A DNA stretch of 64,000 nt from Aplysia californica (Eukaryota), in NCBI RefSeq assembly GCF_000002075.1, contig NW_004797602.1:452977-516976 (forward strand), in the 5' to 3' direction. Each line of letters starts with the position of its first letter. Position 1 is the stretch's first letter. The notes under the pieces are model-generated. The model saw only the letters and a list, made by a program, of their open reading frames with translations, searched no databases and was not told the origin of the DNA. Both the position numbers and the translations under genes were made by a program. Positions 1 to 30,878 of the stretch are shown here, one piece after another.

Positions 1-1398
1 CACACACACCAACACTCTCTCTCTCTCTCTAACACACACACACACACATCCACATACCCCCCCACACACACACAAACACACACTCAAATGAATACAGCAA
101 CATCAGTAAACTGACTAAAACAATGTAGTTCTTTCTGTCTCACTCTCTTGACCCCGAAACCCCTAATACCGCGGTAAGGGCACTATAACAATACCTTGTA
201 CCCCAGCGCGGCAATACCGCAGCAATATGCCGCGCTGCGGTACAAAGTATTGTCATAGTGCCCTTACCGCGGCATTTTCTCTCAACACGTGAAAAACGCA
301 CGAATCGCGACACATCATGTTGCAAAATCATTAGTAGCCATTTATCCACCAAATAAATAATAATAGACGTCATTAAGAAAACACCCTTTTAATATGTGAT
401 AAAAAGTGCAAACACACCTGAAAACTAAAAAAGCGAGGTCAAAATTGGTACGATGGCAAAATTTCGATCCCTGCTGGTTCGCAATTGTCATGTGTTCGCA
501 ATGGACCAGGAAAGAAAGAAACGGAACAGCGCAAGTTGGGTGGTTGGTGGGTGCTCTGATGTGGTCTGCTCCTTCTCTCCTATTCAACATCTATCATCCT
601 TATCTTTCTCTTCCTTCTTTTTGTGTTTGTTACTCTCTTGTAACACTAATGCCTCTAATCTTCGGCACTCATATGAACAGTGCTAACTCTTTCGAAAACA
701 AAAGATAGTTTTAGGTATGAACAGGGCGCTTTGGCGGCAAGCGTAAGTGTATGCGTGGTACCGAAGCTCGATCTACTTTCGCTTTCTTTACCACCCAGAA
801 ATTTGCCGGTAGCAGTCTGATTAACGCAACATTTGTAACATACAGGTTGTGCATTACAAATGCTGTGTCACCTTGAAAATAAATCATTGTCCTGTGCTTT
901 CACTTGCGGGAAAAAAAGAAAGTTATACAAGCGTCTTGTCAGGCTTGACATTGTGACCAGTCAGTGAACCTGTACCTTCGCATCACATTGTGAGTACCAG
1001 AGATCGTTGGGGTCTCCAAAGTTCGTTCATAGTGTGTGCTGCGCGAAGAATAGGGCTCCGGAATGGGGGGATTATTGATTTTTTAAAAAGGTACAGTTGG
1101 GGGGAGGGGTGGGGTTGAAGGCCACATCGGATGACAAAAACTGAACTTGGAAGCAAATTTTAGTATTTAGAATTTTGATTATTACTAGAGCTTCATGCTA
1201 CGGAAAAGCGTGCATTGGTGCAAGCCCTGTACGGAATTGGGATCCGTCATACTAATACCTAGTAAACCGTGTTTTTTAACTAAAAGGTCCGCGTTTTATT
1301 GGATGGGTGATAGTCAAGGATCTCCTTGGTGATAGTACGTTTGTTTCATTGTCCTTTGTTTTAAGAGAGGTATGACCACTTCAAGAGCATACTTTTTT

Positions 1399-1433
<35 letters not shown>

Positions 1434-1647
1434 TCTCTCACTCTCTCTGTTTTCTGAGTCTCGTTCTCTCTCTCTCTCGTGATAGTATTTCATGTTTTTT
1501 GTAAACATCTATATTTTAGCTTTCTGTTCCAGATTCGCAGATTTTCAGTGTCACTGCATTTTGCTCTCCCTCAGGAAAGATGACAGGGGGTAGATTGGGA
1601 TCATTAATTTTGGGATTACATTCCGCTCACAACACACAAAAAGCGGA

Positions 1648-2640
1648 GTGAAAAAGGAAAAATGTCAAGGTCATGAAGGGAGCGAAGCAGTTACCGTGTA
1701 CCTAGTTCAGGCGCGCCCCCCTCACACCTCACGAAACAAAATACCCGGTTACCGTGTTCGTAGATAATGAGAGGCGCCCGGTTGCCGGTTACTGTGTACG
1801 TAGATATTGAGGCTACGAGCCCGGTTACCGTGTATGTGACATTGAGACTACACGCCCGGTTACCGTGTACGTAGATATTGAGGCTACGTGCCCGGTTACC
1901 GTGTGTGTGACATTGAGACTACATGGTGTGAAAAAGGAAAAAGGTCAAGGTTATGAAGGGAGCAAAGCAGTTACCGTGCACCTAGCTCAAGCCCCCTACG
2001 AAACTAAATACCCGGTTACCGTGTACGTAGATATTGAGGCTACGCGCCAGGTAACCGTGTGTGTGACATTGAGATTACACGGTTAAAAAGAAAAAAAGTC
2101 AACGTCATGAAGGGAGCAAAATTAAAGTAAAGCAGTTACCGAGCGTGCACCTAGCTCATGCCCCCTTCCGACCCCCCCCACCCCCCCACCCCCCCACCCC
2201 CCGAAACTGAGTACACTGTTACTGTGTACGTTTATATTGAGGCTACGCGCACGGTTACCGTGTATGCGACATTGAGACTACACGGTGAAAAAGGAAAAAT
2301 TAATGTCAACGTCATGAAAGGAGCTAAGTAGTTACCATGCACCTAGTTCAAGCCAACCCCTCCCCCTCCCCCACGAAACTAAATATCCGCTTACCGTGTT
2401 CGTAGGAGAGGCACCCGGTGGCCGGTTACCGTGTACGTAGATTGAGGCTACGCGCCCGGTAACCGTGTATGTGACATTGAGACTACACGCCCGGTTGCCG
2501 GTTACCGTGTACGTAGACACTGAGGCTACCATACGTGCCCGGTTACTGTGTACGTAGATACTGAGGCTACGTGCCCGGTTACCGTGTACGTAGACCCTGA
2601 GGCTACGTGCCTGGTTACCGTGTACATAGACACTCCGTAT
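1648..2640. repeat. Minisatellite of ~35-36-bp units with higher-order structure
   Basis: Units CCGGTTACCGTGTACGTAGATATTGAGGCTACGTGC and CCGGTTACCGTGTATGTGACATTGAGACTACAC, with an AAAAGGAAAA..GTCAA.GT.ATGAAGGGAGC block recurring at ~1650, 1930, 2085, 2288. Confidence 0.9.
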
Positions 2641-4462
2641 TATCAAAGCCTCAGCACCAGAAAAACACATTGTAANNNNNNNNNNNNNNNNNNNNNNNNN
2701 NNNNNNNNNNNNNNNNNNNNNNNNNNNNNNNNNNNNNNNNNNNNNNNNNNNNNNNNNNNNNNNNNNNNNNNNNNNNNNNNNNNNNNNNNNNNNNNNNNNN
2801 NNNNNNNNNNNNNNNNNNNNNNNNNNNNNNNNNNNACGCCAGCTAGGTTCGAACCATATGAATGGATTCCAAGACAAACCCCTTATGACTGATGTACATA
2901 AATAATAGATTCATCCTTTCCACCGGTGGATCCAGGTTTAATAATTTATGAATATTCAGTGTTTTAGCCACTATATGGTTAGATTCGATTATAATTGTTA
3001 GAGGGTGCCGGGTGATCTTCAAAAAGAGAAGTACCGATATTTGTTCAACTGCTGAGTGATGCAGAGTGTGTCAGACCTGCCAACAACTATCAGTCTCAAT
3101 ATAAAAAAATATAGGATAATAATGCCTTCAGATCTCCTGCTCAACTGCAAGAGCGCAAACAGTATCCAACAGGAACCCAGATGTTGGAAAATTTGGATGT
3201 AGCGATTACTAGTACTCGATGCGAACGTTGTGTTGGAGTCGTCTGTTACCCCGCTAGATATGGATAAGAATAACTTGAGTTTTTTTCCTCTTTGGAGAGT
3301 GGGAGCAGAAATGACCCCGCCGGGCGAAAAAGGGTCGTTTCGAAATATGACCGCTGGTCAAAAAGATACTTTACCAATTGCGATTTACTTTTCATAGCAA
3401 TCTGTCAAAATGATGTTTTGAGGAATACTGAAAGTTTCAAAGAGATCTTCAGTACTCTAAAGTAAAAAATACAACCCCTGGGGTACAAAATGACTCCAGG
3501 TGTATGGATACGGTTACATAACATGCCATGCAAGAAGTCTCTCTGTTCATGCATTTGCCCGCTCGCAATACAGACAGCTGTCTCTGCTCCAGTGTTTGGC
3601 ACAAGGAAATCTGCACAAGCAAACAATTCGTTATTACTTTGTTTACGAGTATTGCCAGCAAACCGTTTGTTACTCCGGGATTTTGAATTAGCGAGCTGAC
3701 CCTACTCACACTGCTAATGCACTACTTGTAGGGACCTAATGAAATTGGCTGTGGAACACAATTTTACCAACATTCTTTTCAATTGTCCATGGGTATAATT
3801 ATGACAGTCCTCATATGCAAGTCTTTTGGGTGCAGTGAAGGCAAGGAAACTGTCTGGGGTGTTCAGGGGCAGCGATTGACGACTTTCTGTCAGCCCACCT
3901 GAACCTAGCGTCCGGGAAAAATCCCCATTTTTAAAACCGGAATGCATAACATTCCCTATCATAAACATCAAATTTATGGGAAAGTATGGGGGACATCCCT
4001 TTCCCCTTGCCCCCCCCTTTTTTCGAAAACTCATTTCAATGACTTGGTCCTTCGTCTTATGACAATGAATTGCTAGCATGGTCGCCACACATCAACAATT
4101 CATTACACTTACCGGTACTATGCATTTACAATGTCATATGAACAAGAACTGTAGTATCACTCTCAAATCCTGATACACACTATTTTTAAAAAATCATGGG
4201 GGACAACATCTTCCCTTAAATTCTAGTGGTATTTTTCAATTCTATTATAATTTAATATTTTACAGCCCTGATTTCAAACTGAAAAACTTTTCTATTATAA
4301 TTATATGAGAGTTTACCTGCCTCAATAGTCAATAGAACTTCTGATGCAGCTTTTCAGGTAATTTTTTTTTTACCTTTATGGCCTACTTTCACCTCTGATA
4401 CATCAATAAAATACTAGTTGCGTAATGTTTTCACCTTGCTCTTCTCTCTGTGTGTTTTGCAG

Positions 4463-23338
<18,876 letters not shown>

Positions 23339-24212
23339 ATATTGGCGTTGTTTTTCAATTATGTCAGTTCATTGTTTTTGAAGCTGAGACTTTGTGCTAT
23401 TGAGGCTAGAGAGGTGAGCAGAGTAAGCCTGATTCCTCATTTGGACTTCTCTGTTGACATCAACCCCTTGGCGCTCATATGGCCTTATGCAGTTGCGAGC
23501 GCCGTAAAACCTTACTAAAACTAAAGCTGTGTGTTATCTGAATCGATAACAACAACAGCAGCACCTGGATCTATAACAACAGGATCGATAACAAAAACAA
23601 CTGGATCTCTATAACAACATGAAGCTGTTGGCTTGTGAAGGGTGGCTCAAAAATTCTTTTGAGTTGTAAACTCCTTTGATTAATGCCATGGTTATCATTT
23701 TTTGTTTTTGAAAGATAACTTTTCCCTTTGTTTTATCATGGAGATGATGATCAAAAAACTTCCAGAATCAAGGCACTTGCATTTGTTTTAGACCAGGCTT
23801 TTCGGGAAGGAAAAATGTGAACTTTGGGCAATTATTGTTTACTGTCAGGAGTTTTTATTGTTTACAAGTTTGTGTTTGGTTGATGCCTCTGTTTATTCTA
23901 GACATTGGTAACTGCCATGAGCATGTTGGGAAATGTAAAGTTCTTATAACTCCTTCTGTGTTCGTCTTTTTACTGTTGAAGATGATAACATAGAAAGTTA
24001 TTTTTTGTGCCACCATATAGAATATAATATTTATAATAATATGTATATATAGATCTATATGTTAATTTATGGAGGGAGCTCTGTTATGTTGTTCACTGTT
24101 GCAAGAAAGGTTGAGGTTCTGTCCTGTATTTTCTGTATATTTTATTGAGGTTACTGGAAAGGTTGAGTTTTTTTTTTTCAGAATTAACTTCCATACCTGA
24201 ACTCTATCCTAA

Positions 24213-26870
24213 CTCTTTCAGTACGCATGGGATTCCACAATTTTACGCAGCTGATTTGAGACGGCAAAGGGGTGTTATGTTAAAACTTCTCTCATTCGGT
24301 TAATAATTGATGGATTTGTTTGTGTTAGCACTCAAACTATTCGTAATTGGACATAGAATCACAATATGAGTGAAAATGGTTAGTAACTGTAGCACAAAGT
24401 AGGCAATAGAGGATAAAAGTAGTGAAAAGTGAGAAAAATAACCAAAAATGAGACTGAAATTTTCAACTCACCACAAAAATGCTCGTACAATCCATCGAAT
24501 AGGCAGCAAAGAGTGAAATCTAATCAAAGTTTATCCATTTAGGAAGGTCCAGGCCAAATTTCAACTGTATAGCAGCAAAACTGTTCATTTCACAAGCAAA
24601 TGAAAATTGTCACGAAAACAGACAAAAATGTATCCACAAAGTCCACATCCCTAACAAGTGTCACTGTCCCCCCCCCCCCCCCCGCCCCCAAGCCCTGTAT
24701 TTACATCACAGGGCAAGATGATAGGCCTCAAAGCATGGGGTGGGATGCAAAAATGGCTGGTTTGGGCATCCCTTGCAGTAGAATGAGGTCCTTTTCCTGT
24801 TTGTTGGGGTGTTGCAATGTCGACAAACGCGTGTAAGGCTGGACTTCACTGCAAAATGATTGCTTTTCATTCCAGCCACAGGGTTGTTTGATGGGATGTG
24901 GCCTCTATCATCAGGCTGCTGCTGTTCAATGTCCTCCAGAAGGAGTGCTGCTGTATGAGAGCACATCTCTGAAATCAGATCATGCTTGAATTTCAATAGT
25001 GGCGTTTTCCTACCCTCGGCTTTCATGTGCAGAATGTGGGCATTCACTTGACTGACCTCAAAAATCCAAAAAAAGATTTTTTTCCACCATTTAGTGCTCT
25101 TCCTGGTGTACATGCCGTAGGTTTGGACAGCTTGATCAACCCTGTCGCACCCATTCATGTTGAAATTATACGCGTTTATCATCGATGGTTTTTCGACATC
25201 TTTTACTGTCACCGTGGCAACGGAAGAACTGTTGGAGACAGCAGCACAGGACTTTTTCGCTTTTTTATCTCTAAAAAGAACACAGAGAAGCTGCTTCTCT
25301 CTGTGCAGATACCACTGTATTTCCCTGTGAGCCAGTTTGGCTGTTTTGAGCTCAGCAGGGAAGCCTTTCCGGTTTGCGTTCACTGTGCCGGTGAAGTAAA
25401 ACTGCTTTTCCCTCAGATGATTTAGGAGTTGCATACTGGTGTAGTATCTGTCAGCGTATATATGGTGGCCTTTGACGAGAGGGGACAGGAGTGTTTCAAA
25501 GACTCTCACAGATTGTTGTGCGTCTGCTGTCATGGGGTCGAAGGAAGTCTGTGCGCCAAAGTAAATACGTAGGTTGATGACATAACCAGACTCGCTTTCG
25601 CAGAGACCGAAGGTCTTGACATGGTATTTACTTGGTTTGGTAGCGTTGTACTGCTTGTGAGCCCATCTTCCTTTCCAACCAATGACCATTTCATCCAAAG
25701 AAAGCTCTTGTGTTGGATAATATGCAGCCTGAAATTGCACCAGAAGTGAAGAAACGAACGGCTCAATTTTTGCTTTCCCTTGTGCGTCCAATTCACAGGC
25801 ATGCAGCATCGTGTGAAAAATGTGCTGAAACCGGTCACGACGAAATATTTGCCGAAACCAGGGTGTTGCCATATGTGACAAGTCGGTGTTCCAGTAGTCA
25901 GAGACACTGGGCTTCTTTGTAATCCCCATTGCAATGATTACTGCAAAGAATTTGAAAAGTTCACCTGGTGTGATCTTACGCCACTTTTTGTATACGGAGC
26001 GCTCCGTTGCCGTTGCTGCTCTAGCCTCACATCTTTGATTTCCGTAATCGTTGATGTTTTTACATAGCTCTTCCACAATTTCATCAGTAAAATAGAGCCT
26101 GAAAAAATCAAGAGGCACCATTCCTCTGGTGTCAATATCTGGGTTGATCCCTGTGAATCGAGGGGCGAAACGAAAAGCGTTGTTAGCAGAACCCTCAGTC
26201 ACTTTCTCCCACTCCGGAGCTAAAGGTCTCAACGGAGATCTTGATCTAGATCTAGATCTAGATCTAGATCTGGGCCTGTTATTTCTGTTACTTTGCCCCT
26301 TCCCAATACCCTTTCCCTTGTTTCGAGGCCTGCTAGTAGACTGGCTTGTCACAGGACCAGGTGTTGTTAAACAGTTAGTTCTAGAACTAGAGCAAGAACT
26401 AGATCTAGAAGAAGGGCCAGGCTGGTCATAGTCAGAATCGCTAGAGGATTCATTCCCACCACCATCAAGTTCGATGTCAGACACTTCACTACAGTCACTT
26501 TCTTCATCTAGTAAAGTTTGAAAAAACTGACTAGCTTGTTCAGCAGAAAGCCGCGTTGATCGAGGTCTTGATCCAGACATAATTGAGAGCTAGCACACAA
26601 GCCACGAAAATGTAAACAAATGTAGAAATAAATACTCTGCACAAAACAGCGTTCAAACTGCGTACTCGTAGCGGTACAAAGTGGCCGATAATGGGAAAAG
26701 ACGCTATTTTTACCGCCTTTTAGAATCACTAAACTTGGACTGGAAAATGTTTCGTATTTCTTGTAGTTTTCGTGGCTTGAAATCGGTACCCCGCAAACGC
26801 CATTTAAGTGGCGTGCCGTAAAAACGCGGAGCCACAAACGCCACTTAAGTGGCGTGCCGGATTCAAAGAG
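24213..26870 (-). mobile_element. Full-length piggyBac-superfamily DNA transposon
   Basis: Termini CTCTTT...AAAGAG flanked by identical CTAA (24209-24212, 26871-26874); intact transposase inside; two palindromic subterminal repeats at 26797-26855. Confidence 0.93.
24706..26580 (-). CDS. piggyBac transposase (PGBD4-like), 624 aa, uninterrupted
   Basis: Catalytic DDD motifs LSLDEM, IYADRYYTS and GCDRVDQ; KWWKKIFFW motif; C-terminal Cys/His-rich domain CRHC...CKGC...HPTPCFEAYH; acidic N-terminus. Confidence 0.95.
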   Translation of the reverse strand: MSGSRPRSTRLSAEQASQFFQTLLDEESDCSEVSDIELDGGGNESSSDSDYDQPGPSSRSSSCSSSRTNCLTTPGPVTSQSTSRPRNKGKGIGKGQSNRNNRPRSRSRSRSRSRSPLRPLAPEWEKVTEGSANNAFRFAPRFTGINPDIDTRGMVPLDFFRLYFTDEIVEELCKNINDYGNQRCEARAATATERSVYKKWRKITPGELFKFFAVIIAMGITKKPSVSDYWNTDLSHMATPWFRQIFRRDRFQHIFHTMLHACELDAQGKAKIEPFVSSLLVQFQAAYYPTQELSLDEMVIGWKGRWAHKQYNATKPSKYHVKTFGLCESESGYVINLRIYFGAQTSFDPMTADAQQSVRVFETLLSPLVKGHHIYADRYYTSMQLLNHLREKQFYFTGTVNANRKGFPAELKTAKLAHREIQWYLHREKQLLCVLFRDKKAKKSCAAVSNSSSVATVTVKDVEKPSMINAYNFNMNGCDRVDQAVQTYGMYTRKSTKWWKKIFFWIFEVSQVNAHILHMKAEGRKTPLLKFKHDLISEMCSHTAALLLEDIEQQQPDDRGHIPSNNPVAGMKSNHFAVKSSLTRVCRHCNTPTNRKRTSFYCKGCPNQPFLHPTPCFEAYHLAL

Positions 26871-27871
26871 CTAAATTACTTTTGGGTATCAGTACATCAA
26901 TTTTTTCATGCAACAAATAAGATAAAGATTAAGATGGTTGTTTTCTTTAACATCAATTAGGGATGACCACTGTTCCACAAATTTCTGAAATACATTTCAC
27001 AGCTGGAGGTCTTTATTCTTTCTTTTTTTTGTGCAGTATCTGTATTTATTTATTTTTTTCAATTTCCCTTAAGTTTGAGATTTTTTTCAAAGCCATAACC
27101 GAAAAACCAATCATCTTTGTAAGAAAATCACAGACAGAATGGAAATTAATATTGATCACACAAAGGTTGCATGAGAACTGTGGAATAAGTTTCAGTTATG
27201 GTAAGCCTGAGCAATGTTCTGTTTAATGCAAGTAACGAAACCGGTCTTGATCAAAATCAATGAAATTATTATTGTATCTTTTCTTTACACAAACAAGATG
27301 AGGTCTGTATAGTATATAGCCCTATATTGGGCATGAAAACATTTCGAACATTGTTGGTGAAATAAATGTAATCCAATGAATGCAGCCCCTGAACTAAAAA
27401 AGTTATAGAGCCAAGCTCGTACACATCTGTCTGAGGACTTCATTTTCTAGTCATAAGGTGAACTTCATAAGAGGATTCGCGTGGACCAGTACAAAATATA
27501 AGAGATGTATAGACTGAGGGATGTATGGAAGAGGGAGCATGCCTTTTTTTTTTGTACTGTCGAATTATCCAAGATGGCTACCTATTGTCGAGAAAAAAAG
27601 TGATTGTCTTAGATAGGTAGACATCTTGGATAATGTGATTATAATATTTTAAAAATGTTTGACTGTAGTTTTTTTGTTGTTGCTTGGAATTAATTAACTT
27701 CAAGAGCAAAGCAGTTCATTTTTAGTTTTTAGCTAAATAGATGATTGACTCTAGCTATGGCAGTTCGGATACAAGAGATTGTTGGCCTGGATGTATACAA
27801 TGGCCATAAAGTTTTCATGTTCATATTTTTGGGTTTCCTGGGGTCTGGGGCCCATTTAGTCTCAGCAATTG

Positions 27872-28565
27872 CAGACCTGCCAACCTTCCTGGATTGTCTA
27901 GGAAATTCTCGGTTGCACTGCCCCATTCCTGACCTCCCGCTTTTGGCCGATATTACCCGGATTGGGGTCGTCGCTAACGTGGTGCAGCTATTATTAATTA
28001 AATTCTGTACTGAAATTTCGAAGTACTAAGAGACTAGATGGTCGAGCATCCGCCTCATTCTTCCAGTGTTCGTATTTGTCACGTTGACCGTATGTAGGCC
28101 AAACACCTGAGGTAGACTATGCGTTGCCAGTTGTTTTGGCCCTAGTGGGGTAGATCGGGTCAAGATTTTGGCACAAAACTGGGAAAGGTATCTGAAAAAA
28201 GATTTAGTACTGCTTGGTCTATCTTTCAGCCCGTCTCCCGTTTAGGGCCTAGGCCCACCGCGCCCACGGCCCGTTCTGTCAAATTCTAGTGGAAATGATC
28301 AACTCTTTTCATTGTTGAAATTTGGCATTTTCGTGTTTCTGTTCTTGGTTAATTGTCTAATTTTCCTGTCACATACTGCCTACTACTATTTTATTCTTGT
28401 TCTCCTTTGTTTTTTCTTTTTCAGTTTTGCACTAGTTAATTCTAAGTACCATATTTTTGTTCTTATATGACACGTGTTTATATGCCCGTCAAGTGCCAAT
28501 GGTCGGTACCCTTAAGTGCTCGGGAAATTTTCCCTCTTTTTGACTTTGAAAAGTTGCCAGGTCTG
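27872..28565. mobile_element. hAT-like MITE with 6-bp TSD
   Basis: TIR CAGACCTG(C/G)CAAC; CAATTG on both sides. Confidence 0.75.
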
Positions 28566-30878
28566 CAATTGTCAAATTGAAGACATGTAAAAAGGAAATG
28601 ACTTACATGTATTTATGTCTAACAAAATAATATGCTCAAAAGAGAAAAATATTAGGCCTAAATGAAAATTATATAAATATGTGTGTCGTTGCAGTTGAAT
28701 CAGGCACTCTTCAAATTTTAGGGAACGGAGAAATCAATATTTTTCCGACTGTCGGACGATTGTTATCTAAATTTTTTTTCATGTTTTTTTGACAGACACC
28801 CTTTCTATCCCCTGAAGAACACATTTCCCACAAAATGTATTGTTTTGTAGAATGACAAAAAAATGTATTGTTTTGTAGAATGAGAATAAGTATTACACCT
28901 CACCAGTCTCCAATCTTTGGAGACCATTTTCTCACTTATTTACCTCTCACTAATTTACTTGATAATATCAGGTAACCCGTCGTCTTCTTACATCGCACTG
29001 AAGACCAAAATGGAAAAACAATCAAAGTCACATAATTTCACATTTTGAGAAAAACGAAATTTATAGTTTGAAACACCAGGAAACATCATGAATAACTGTG
29101 GACTGAAATGCTGCTGCTAATATCCATTGTGGGACCATTTTGCAAATGAAAAATAACCATTTTAAGGTACCAGTAAGTGGTAAAATATCTAATATCTTTA
29201 CAGATAATTTTCTAACCTACCCCTCCCCCACCGGACTCTGATCCTTTTTCCTCTGCAAACATTTTCCATGAACTATGAATGAGAAAAATAACCTATAAAA
29301 ATATCTTTAATGCTTTATTGCAAATCAAGTACAAGCAAAGTATGTTTAGGTTTTGCTTAATAGAAGAGCTCAAAACAACTGTAAACATTGAGATAAACTA
29401 CATAATACAAGTGGGAGAACGGAAAATCTCCGTTCTAACAAAAAAGAATGATGCCAAAGCAAAGCACTCCCCTTTTCTCAACAAACTGAGCAAGTAAATT
29501 CAAATCATGTATAAACAAAGGCTAAACTTTAGATTTTAGTGGTTAATTCATCCACTGTATGTAGGTACCACAAACAGAAATTTCAAAGTCCTCTGATTTC
29601 ATAGTTATCTGCACCACCTTATAGAACTTATTATTCTGAGCATTTTGATACCAAAGTTATACATATATATATAGCTTCATTTTTAACAAAGTTATGAACA
29701 TCTGAAGTTGCAGAAAAGTGTTGCATTTTTTAAATTGCGAAATGTCTGCACTTTGGGATGTCATAACATTCTTAAATTTGAATGGACATTCACAAAAACT
29801 TGTAAACACACACCCATGCACATAGAGTATAGAGAACAAGCCCAATTTTTTTCAGGGGTATCATATAACCAGAAGATGGAATTTTGTTGACGTAAACATG
29901 GCTTTTCGACCAAAATGGCAAAAAATACAAGGGGAGGTAAAATTGTGACTTTTTCAGAAACTTTCAGAGACCATTGGGAGAACAAATATTGACTTATCTG
30001 GACACCAAAATGTCAAGCAATTCTAGATCTACAAGTCTATACTGCTCTGATACATGTATTAAAATTGGATCTGATACTGATATTAAAATCTACTGATTTG
30101 AAGCATATATTGAAAATGTCATAATTTTCTGCAACATACAGGCGAGAGCCATACACCAACGGACTCTATCACTGAGTGTCAAAGCACATAACTGAAGCCT
30201 CAAAACATCCAACTGTTGTAAAATACATAATAATAGCAGAATTCATTAATATAAAACCACTTGGAACATGAGTTTGAGGCCCTCGAAGGGCAGCTTGTTT
30301 GATCCAAAAATTAACTCAAAACAGACAGTATTTATTGCTAAACTATCTCATAAGTAAGACCAATTAAAAAAACAACAACCACCAACAACATAACTAGTAT
30401 GGTAGTAAAACAAGCCACTGACATGTCTAATTTATACCAAAGGGAGTCTTAGTAGAACATGACAAGTGATAACCACATAGTGAAGTGTGACAGTAAAATC
30501 CTAATGAAATTTTAGACTAGCTCTACCCTCCTTTGGTCTGAAACAAAAGTCCAGATTCGCTGTCCTAAAAGAAAGTCTTCATTACAGTAGGATAGAATCA
30601 TGTGAAAACAAACCAATGACATAATGTGACAATTATACCGGAGTAAAAGAAATAAAAGGTCCATACTGGTGCCACAGATGAGTCGGACTCTTAATACGAC
30701 TTTACTGTTTTACAAGAGGTGTAACACCAAGAACAATAAACAGATCACCTGAACTGTGAAAATGGAAATCATAGCAAAAAAAACATGGTAAGACATCATG
30801 ACTCATGGACAATGACAGTATGATAGCTTAACTCTCTTGCAAGGTGTTGGGTTGGGATCAATGATCAAAACAAGTCTT

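Noticed and set aside
1648-2640. CRISPR-like array (~36-bp periodicity)
   Set aside because: No unique spacers, whole units are homologous, eukaryotic context, no cas genes.
1-4460. VPS53 first coding exon
   Set aside because: No sequence encoding the expected acidic N-terminus with a phase-0 donor was found; it may be upstream or in the gap at 2676-2835.
25027-26431. Plus-strand and alternate-frame ORFs inside the piggyBac
   Set aside because: Shadow ORFs of the transposase with no independent support.
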